A stretch of 40,657 nt of DNA from a virus (Duplodnaviria; Caudoviricetes): the IMG/VR virus record IMGVR_UViG_3300042901_000476, positions 1 to 40,657 of that record; one strand, written 5' to 3'. Below, piece by piece: positions 34,575-40,657 of this stretch. The position numbers were made by a program, and so were the translations under genes. How positions within the stretch are numbered: position 1 is the first letter of the stretch; every line of letters begins with the position of its first letter. A model generated the notes under the pieces. That model was not told the origin of the DNA. It saw nothing but the letters and a program-made list of their open reading frames with translations, and searched no databases.

Positions 34575-37499
34575 ATGGGAAAGACTATTGAAGAATTATT
34601 TAAAACAAAACAATTAGTAGATGGTAAAACGGCTGCTGAAAAATACGAAATTCGTAATAGTAAAGATATGCTATTACGTTCTTCTACCGGTGCTATGGAT
34701 TTACCATTTAAAGCTGTACAAATAGCAAGAAGAAACCTATCATCAAGAACTAGAGAAACAAGATTAGAACAAGAGGTAACTGGATTAAGAATAATATCTA
34801 AATTAGGAGGCCCTATTATATATGGTACTGATATTTTTAAATTAAGTACACAAAAAACTGAAATGGTTTCCGCAATGAAAGATTCGGTTAATCCAAATAA
34901 TTCAGCAGATAGTGGTTTACTTGGTAACTTATTTCAAAAAGGAAAAGAAAAAGGATTAGAATTATTAAATAAAATAGGTGTACAACTACCAACTAAATTA
35001 ATACCAACCCGAATATCTTTAAATAAAGATTTCAAAGCAGGTAAAGAGCCAGATACAATGGCAACACTTGCTAAAATAAAGCAAGATGGTGCTGGTAATT
35101 TGGCTGGAAAGTTTTTAGCTCAAAATGCAAAAGGTACTCCTAAACAAATAGGTAACCAAATATTAGGTGGTGGTATCAATTTACTAAAAGGCGAAGTTAA
35201 GAAAAAATTATTCGGAGCACCAAAACAAGGTGCACAAAACCTTGCTAAAAAAGGTGAAAATGATGTTCAATACGATAGTACTGCAAGATATTCAGATACC
35301 GTTAATCCAATTGATGAAGATTATTTCAAAAGAAATGACCTTTCATCTATATTAGTAGCACAGGAGACAAAACAGAATGCTGACCCTGCTGTACAAAAAA
35401 GAGTAGATGAATTAGTTCCTAAAGGAAAATCTGTAAATACATCAAAAAATCCATTTGCTAAATTAGGTGATAAGGTAGGTGATATTAAAAAAGATAATGA
35501 GAAAAAATTATCACAAGCAAAAAAAGTAGGACAGCAAGAAGTATCAGCTGGAAAATCGGTTGGAGATACTAAAAGTGGAGGTACATCTACTACTGATGAT
35601 TCTGTAATTAAATATTCGGATACTGTTGATGAAACATCTGATGATGTAACATTACGAAATGATTTATCTACTATACTTTCTGCAAAAAAAGAAAATGAAG
35701 CTCAAAATCCTGATAAGAAAAAAGAAATTGATGCAGCAAAAGGAAATACCGCTCCTGTAAATGTAAAACAAAACCCATTTGCAAACTTAGGTCAAAAAAT
35801 AGGTGATATTAAAAAAGAAAGTGAACAAAAATTATCACAAGCGAAAAAGGTAGGACAGCAAGAAGTATCGGCTGGTAAAAAAGTTGGAGATACGAAAAGT
35901 GGAGGTTCAACAACTACTTCGGATTCTGTAATTAGATATTCCGATACTGTAGATGAAACACAGGATGATGTAAAGTTAAGAAATGACCTTTCTACTATAC
36001 TTACATCAAAAAACGAAAAAGAAAAACAAACTCCTGATAAAAAGAAGCAAATTGAAGCAGCAAAAGGAAACGTAGGTGCTTTAAATGTAAAACAAAATCC
36101 ATTTGCAAAATCGGAGGATAAAGTTAAATCTGCTGATAAAGATACAAAAGGTGGATTGCAATCGGGTAGAAAGTTAGGACAGCAATCTATATCAGACGGT
36201 ACTAAAAAAGTAGGAGATTTATCAGAAGCTACTTCAGGTGATGTTATTACATATTCATCAACAGTAGATGAGACACAGGATGATGTAAAATTAAGAAATG
36301 ATTTATCAACAAAATTACAAGCATTAATAAAAGCAAGTAGTGCAGTTTCTAGTGCAGGTGGTATTTCTGGTTTATCCAGAACTGATGTACAAATGAATAT
36401 GTATTCATCTCTAAAAAATAAAAATGCTGGTAAAGAAAAATCAAAAAGTTTAAAAACCAAATATGGTATAGAAAGTGCTAATAAATTGGATTTTTTAAAT
36501 GAAAAAACAACATATACATCAAATGGTCCGCTTAAATTATCGGATGGTACATTATTAGATGATACTGATTTTATAACACTTAAATTTAAATCAGTAGCTA
36601 CTGGTGAAACTGCAAATTTTAGAGCAACGGTAACTGGTATATCAGAAACTGTATCACCATCATGGGATACTGCAAAATTTATAGGTTCTCCATTTAACCA
36701 TTATACATATTCGAGTATAGAAAGAAGTGTAAGTTTTAATTTTAAAATGTATTCAACAACCCCTACACAACATATAGCATGTTGGCAACGATTAAACTTT
36801 TTAACCGGATTAGCGTATCCCCAAGGATATTCAGGTCCGTATGCACTTCCTCCATTTGTATATCTTACGTTGGGTAGTTTATATAAAAATAAACCTACTT
36901 ATATCGAGTCACTATCATATACTATGGATGATAATGCTGGTTGGGAAATTGGTTCTATTGATACACCTGATAAAGTTACGGTCAATGGTAAGCAGGTTTC
37001 AATTAAAGATTATAAATTACCAATAGTTATAGATGTTTCAATTACTTTGAAACTATTGGAATCAAAAAGTACAACTGATAGTAAACAATTCTATGGATTT
37101 AGTAGATTGGGAGCTAACATTTCAACAAAACCAGTTCCAAGTGAATCAACTAATGCACAAAAATCAGGCGATGCTAACATATCATCAGATGCAACTAAAG
37201 TTGAATCATCTGAAACTCTTAAACAAACTAATTTAAAAACTTTAAACAATAAAGAAGCTAATAAAGAATCCGAAGGTAATAAATCCTCAATAGCTACTTC
37301 AGAAAAAAGAGATGCAGGACCTAAATTTGATGCGTTTGGTAATATAACTAACGAAGGTAAATTCGATAGGAAGAAAGATACAGGACCTAAATTTGATGCG
37401 TTTGGTAATATAACCAACGAAGGTAAATTTACTAGAAAGAAAAGTACAGGACCTGAATTTGATGCGTTTGGTAATATAACTAACGAAGGTCAATTTTAA
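34575..37499 (+). CDS. Baseplate/tube-initiator-like protein with Lys-rich internal repeats
   Basis: Domain at about 36567-37065 (FRATVTGISETVSPSWDTAKFIG...YTYSSIERSVSFNF...PPFVYLTLGSLY...IESLSYT...W) has the tube-fold (gp48/gp54-like) pattern. It follows the tape measure gene. Confidence 0.65.
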   Translation: MGKTIEELFKTKQLVDGKTAAEKYEIRNSKDMLLRSSTGAMDLPFKAVQIARRNLSSRTRETRLEQEVTGLRIISKLGGPIIYGTDIFKLSTQKTEMVSAMKDSVNPNNSADSGLLGNLFQKGKEKGLELLNKIGVQLPTKLIPTRISLNKDFKAGKEPDTMATLAKIKQDGAGNLAGKFLAQNAKGTPKQIGNQILGGGINLLKGEVKKKLFGAPKQGAQNLAKKGENDVQYDSTARYSDTVNPIDEDYFKRNDLSSILVAQETKQNADPAVQKRVDELVPKGKSVNTSKNPFAKLGDKVGDIKKDNEKKLSQAKKVGQQEVSAGKSVGDTKSGGTSTTDDSVIKYSDTVDETSDDVTLRNDLSTILSAKKENEAQNPDKKKEIDAAKGNTAPVNVKQNPFANLGQKIGDIKKESEQKLSQAKKVGQQEVSAGKKVGDTKSGGSTTTSDSVIRYSDTVDETQDDVKLRNDLSTILTSKNEKEKQTPDKKKQIEAAKGNVGALNVKQNPFAKSEDKVKSADKDTKGGLQSGRKLGQQSISDGTKKVGDLSEATSGDVITYSSTVDETQDDVKLRNDLSTKLQALIKASSAVSSAGGISGLSRTDVQMNMYSSLKNKNAGKEKSKSLKTKYGIESANKLDFLNEKTTYTSNGPLKLSDGTLLDDTDFITLKFKSVATGETANFRATVTGISETVSPSWDTAKFIGSPFNHYTYSSIERSVSFNFKMYSTTPTQHIACWQRLNFLTGLAYPQGYSGPYALPPFVYLTLGSLYKNKPTYIESLSYTMDDNAGWEIGSIDTPDKVTVNGKQVSIKDYKLPIVIDVSITLKLLESKSTTDSKQFYGFSRLGANISTKPVPSESTNAQKSGDANISSDATKVESSETLKQTNLKTLNNKEANKESEGNKSSIATSEKRDAGPKFDAFGNITNEGKFDRKKDTGPKFDAFGNITNEGKFTRKKSTGPEFDAFGNITNEGQF
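35289..36320 (+). repeat. Four YS(D/S)TV...RNDLS anchors defining ~105-108 aa repeats
   Basis: Anchors at 35289, 35613, 35937 and 36252 (periods 324, 324, 315 nt). Confidence 0.9.
37315..37496 (+). repeat. Three 66-nt tandem repeats encoding GP(K/E)FDAFGNITNEG(K/Q)F
   Basis: CAGGACCT units start at 37315, 37381 and 37447. Confidence 0.95.
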
Positions 37500-37510
37500 A
37501 TATATCAATT

Positions 37511-37798
37511 ATGAGTAGATACGATAATAATCCTATTAAAAAAACTTTTGATGGTAGAGAAGTATATAGAACAAAAATATACCCAAATATTCCGTTAAAA
37601 GATACTGATGTATATGTAATGACGGAAACTGGTGACAGATTGGATACATTGGCATTCCAATATTACGAAGATTCATCATTATGGTGGATTATTGCAGCTG
37701 CAAATAATATACATGATGCACCTATGGGATTGCAAGATGGTACTATATTAAGAATTCCATTAAACTATATTCAAATAAGTAATAATTTTACAAACTAA
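37511..37798 (+). CDS. LysM-like baseplate wedge protein (P2 gpX / T4 gp53-like)
   Basis: GDRLDTLAFQYYEDSSLWWIIAAANNI...GTILRIP. Confidence 0.85.
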   Translation: MSRYDNNPIKKTFDGREVYRTKIYPNIPLKDTDVYVMTETGDRLDTLAFQYYEDSSLWWIIAAANNIHDAPMGLQDGTILRIPLNYIQISNNFTN

Positions 37799-37801
37799 TT
37801 T

Positions 37802-40093
37802 ATGTCAAGTTTTCCTAATTTATCAAACATATCTGGATATGTACGAAGTGCATTAAAAAAAAGAGTTGAAAAACCCGAATCAGTATCTCAATTAAACGCT
37901 TGGGTTAGGGTATCGTCTGGTGTTGGTGCTGGACTTGTATTATTATCTAATCCTAATTTCAAATTATTTAGAGCAGCTGGTGAGGCATCTATATATGGTG
38001 ATGGAAAAGCTAGTGGTACATTAGGAACTACTTGGGGTGGCGGTGCGATATATGCAGAAGCCAATGATTCTGGATTTAGACCTAAACCAAATATTACATC
38101 TATTGAAATTGATGAAGGGGCCGGTACTTTAAGTAGAAAAGCATCGTTTACTATAACATGTTATACTAAAGGACAACTTGATACTTTATGTGAATATTTT
38201 TTAGAACCTGGATATACTATATTTTTAGAATGGGGATGGAACGTTGCTGAATCTTTAAAATCATATAAGCCCACACTAAACGCAACTACGGTGGCTAATT
38301 TTCAAAGTTTTAAAACTGTAAATGAAGCAAGAGCAGCATCACTTGGAACTTATGATAACTATTTGGGATTTATAACTGGAGGGGGATTGGCATCTAGTGG
38401 GGATACTTATGAAATAACTGTTAAATGTACTGGATTTACAGAATTACCTGCATATTTTATGGGAGCTGATAATTCGGAAACAAATAAAGATGGTACTCCA
38501 AAAATAACAGAAAAAGAATATAGTACTGCTCAAATATCTGGAGAAACTGATTTGGGTAAAAAAAGGTTTATGATGGCATTTAATAGATTACCATCAAATA
38601 GAAGAACTACAAGGGTTGCATCCTTAATAACAAATCCATCCATAGCAAGTCCATCTAATTTTATAAATGTTGATGAATCTGTAAAAGCAAAAGTAAATGA
38701 ATTAACAACTGGTACTACACTTTTAGGGATAACTTTAAATAATGAAGAACAACAAACCGATGGAGCACCGGTTGAATACCCAGCGGGTACGGAAATTATA
38801 AAAGATGAAGCTTTTATAAGATTTGGAACATTAATGGAAATACTTAATCAAATTGGTATAGAGGGTTTTAAGATAGGAGACAAAATTGTAAAAACTAGAA
38901 TAAATACAAAAACCACAGCTTGTTGTGCATTCCAAAAAATATTTAGTACCGATAAAGGAAAATTATTTATACCAAATAAAACTGCGCCTAAATTTAGTAT
39001 AGCTAAGGCAGCAAGTAGTGAACCACCACCAGCGCAAGACACTACGGAAACTGAAGATTGTTCAATATTAAATGTAAGGGATACAGGTAAACCATTTATG
39101 TTTCCAGCTGCAGGTAATATAGAAAATGGTGTGGCTGTGAGTTACGGAATAATTCTTCAAAATAAAAGTGTAGATGGTTCAATTATTGGATTAAAAAAGA
39201 GCCAAGGGCAATGGGGATTATTAGATGACCTTTATGTTAATTTAGATTTTGCAAAAGGTGTAATGGAAACAAAAAACTTTACCATGCGAAATGCATTATA
39301 TCAAATACTGAATGGGATGTCATCTGCAGCTGGTGGATTGTGGGATTTTCAAATAATGTCTGATGAAGATGATACCGAATTAAGAGTTGTTGATTTAAAT
39401 TTAACACCAAGTGGACCACAAGAACCATTTACTTTTACGTTAGCTGGATATGAATCCATTTTTATAGATGCTTCATTGGATATGGATATTAGTGGCGCAA
39501 AAATGAATCAGATAATTGGTAATAGATTAGGACAATCAATTAATGGAAGTCAAAAAGATGTTAAATCAAAAGATACAAAAGGATTATTTACTGATAAAGA
39601 GGACCAAGTCTTAAAAACAATCAAAAATAGAGGAGAACCACCTGTATCAAAAAACGCAACTCTTCCTGAAGGACCTACTGATGATGAATTGGAAGAAGCA
39701 AAGATAAAAAATTTACAATTAATGTTGGATAAAACTGGATTGATGCCCAAACCACAATTCGATGATAAACATTCATTTGGAGCTGGGGATTTAAAGGATG
39801 ATGTAATTACGGTTTCTTTTAATGACCAAGCGGTTTTTGAATTTTTTAAAAATCAAAATGATGAAAGTGCTGAAGGTAAAGCGGCCGCTCAAGTAGGACC
39901 TATTATGCCAATTAAATTTACATTTACAATACATGGGATAAGTGGTATTAAAAGAGGTGATAAATTTAAAGTGTTGGGATTACCTAAAAACTATGAAAAG
40001 ACTGGATTTTTTCAAGTAACTTCAGTTAAGCACACTATAACCGATATGTTATGGAAAACAGATATAGAAGGAAGCTTTAGACAATCAAGATAA
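37802..40093 (+). CDS. Putative baseplate hub protein (gp27-like)
   Basis: Follows the LysM-like gene. N-terminal RPKPNITSI...RKASFTITCY...PGYTIFLEWGW; C-terminal FTIHGISGIKRGDKF...FQVTSVKHTI...WKTDIEG, typical of hub proteins. Confidence 0.65.
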   Translation: MSSFPNLSNISGYVRSALKKRVEKPESVSQLNAWVRVSSGVGAGLVLLSNPNFKLFRAAGEASIYGDGKASGTLGTTWGGGAIYAEANDSGFRPKPNITSIEIDEGAGTLSRKASFTITCYTKGQLDTLCEYFLEPGYTIFLEWGWNVAESLKSYKPTLNATTVANFQSFKTVNEARAASLGTYDNYLGFITGGGLASSGDTYEITVKCTGFTELPAYFMGADNSETNKDGTPKITEKEYSTAQISGETDLGKKRFMMAFNRLPSNRRTTRVASLITNPSIASPSNFINVDESVKAKVNELTTGTTLLGITLNNEEQQTDGAPVEYPAGTEIIKDEAFIRFGTLMEILNQIGIEGFKIGDKIVKTRINTKTTACCAFQKIFSTDKGKLFIPNKTAPKFSIAKAASSEPPPAQDTTETEDCSILNVRDTGKPFMFPAAGNIENGVAVSYGIILQNKSVDGSIIGLKKSQGQWGLLDDLYVNLDFAKGVMETKNFTMRNALYQILNGMSSAAGGLWDFQIMSDEDDTELRVVDLNLTPSGPQEPFTFTLAGYESIFIDASLDMDISGAKMNQIIGNRLGQSINGSQKDVKSKDTKGLFTDKEDQVLKTIKNRGEPPVSKNATLPEGPTDDELEEAKIKNLQLMLDKTGLMPKPQFDDKHSFGAGDLKDDVITVSFNDQAVFEFFKNQNDESAEGKAAAQVGPIMPIKFTFTIHGISGIKRGDKFKVLGLPKNYEKTGFFQVTSVKHTITDMLWKTDIEGSFRQSR

Positions 40094-40094
40094 T

Positions 40095-40466
40095 ATGTTA
40101 GATATTAAACGATACAAAACAATAAATAGACCTGATATAATTTACAATAGTGTAAAGATAAAAACTCATGTGGCAAATCCAATTGAAATTGATTATAAAA
40201 GAGGGTATGTTACAAGATATTTCATACAAAAAGCAAATGATACTGAATCAACTATATACGAAGTAGATTATATAGGATTTAGTAAATTCATAGATAATCC
40301 ATTTTATACACATGTAAATTTAAATTGGAGACTGACTGGTACAGATGAACAAATAAGGGATTCAAATTTTAAAGCAATACGTTTATTAACTCCAAAAATA
40401 CCAAAACTTCAATTGTATCTTCCAAACTTATTACAGTTTAAACAAATAAAAAATTTGGAAGTTTAA
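40095..40466 (+). CDS. Hypothetical protein, probably baseplate-associated
   Basis: Starts 1 nt after the hub stop; DYKRGYVTRYFIQKAN...W.LTG pattern. Last gene of the structural run. Confidence 0.6.
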   Translation: MLDIKRYKTINRPDIIYNSVKIKTHVANPIEIDYKRGYVTRYFIQKANDTESTIYEVDYIGFSKFIDNPFYTHVNLNWRLTGTDEQIRDSNFKAIRLLTPKIPKLQLYLPNLLQFKQIKNLEV

Positions 40467-40485
40467 TTATTTTTTCGTATATTTG
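40454..40485 (+). promoter_or_regulatory. Bacteroidetes housekeeping-type promoter (-33 TTTG, -7 TAnnTTTG)
   Basis: TTTG at 40454-40457, a 20-nt spacer, and TATATTTG at 40478-40485, 13 nt upstream of the putative tmRNA 5' end. Confidence 0.75.
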
Positions 40486-40498
40486 TATTTATCAATAT

Positions 40499-40657
40499 GG
40501 GGGTGACTCGGAATTGATTACAATGAGAATTATAGTATCACACGTAGACAGAAGTGCTAGATGTCTTTAAATCTGTACAAAACAATAACCGACGTAGAAT
40601 TATCTACTTGGAACTTCGAAGATGCTATGGCATTTGTAGGAGCTTACGATTACGCTG
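40499..40657 (+). ncRNA. ssrA: tmRNA (transfer-messenger RNA), 5' portion, truncated by the window edge
   Basis: 5' end GGGGGTGACTCGGAATTGA resembles the tmRNA acceptor/D-loop start. Possible PK1 (AGACA/TGTCT and GTGCTAGA/TCTGTAC). Resume context AATAACC-GAC at 40591. Tag frame DVELSTWNFEDAMAFVGAYDYA... The 3' acceptor half is not visible. Confidence 0.78.

Noticed and set aside
32997-36460. Minus-strand ORFs opposite the tape measure and baseplate genes (e.g. 33837..34553, 35792..36460)
   Set aside because: They fully overlap well-supported + strand genes and have no recognisable motifs, consistent with antisense shadows.
37315-37496. Three repeats with a 66-nt period resembling a mini CRISPR array
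   Set aside because: The conserved part is about 49 nt and the 17-nt intervening parts resemble each other. The unit is in frame with synonymous-type changes inside a CDS, and no cas genes or leader are present.
27565-40093. Extracellular contractile injection system or T6SS interpretation of the sheath/tube/baseplate cluster
   Set aside because: Giant fibres with an S74 chaperone, a long tape measure, a phage-type recurrent promoter motif and an adjacent tmRNA fit a large phage better, and no eCIS ATPase or T6SS membrane genes are seen. Capsid genes are not in the window, so this is not formally excluded.
2-40466. Alternative genetic code (stop codon reassignment) as seen in some large phages
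   Set aside because: Genes are long, intact and tightly packed under the standard code. The only split gene is explained by a frame change, not an in-frame stop.

Overview
AT-rich window from a large myovirus-type bacteriophage, with every supported gene on the + strand. The host is probably a Bacteroidetes member: a canonical TTTG-N20-TAnnTTTG promoter is present and start regions are A-rich with no obvious Shine-Dalgarno sequence. About 27 kb encode giant fibre/appendage proteins: a 5'-truncated protein with nine C-x-R-D helical repeats resembling the phycobiliprotein chromophore helix; a 3767-aa fibre with about 25 beta repeats, two cupredoxin-like H..CxxHxxM inserts and about 1140 aa of Gly-X-X (Ser/Thr) repeat; an LRR adhesin and chaperone; and a 2939-aa fibre ending in a peptidase S74 chaperone. 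A contractile-tail core follows: sheath, tube, a gp26-like chaperone with a probable programmed +1/-2 frameshift into an unannotated ORF, tape measure and baseplate genes. The window ends in the 5' part of a putative phage tmRNA with an unusually long tag. An ATATTTATA motif precedes most transcription units and is a probable late promoter. All family calls come from motif recognition by eye; no searches were run.
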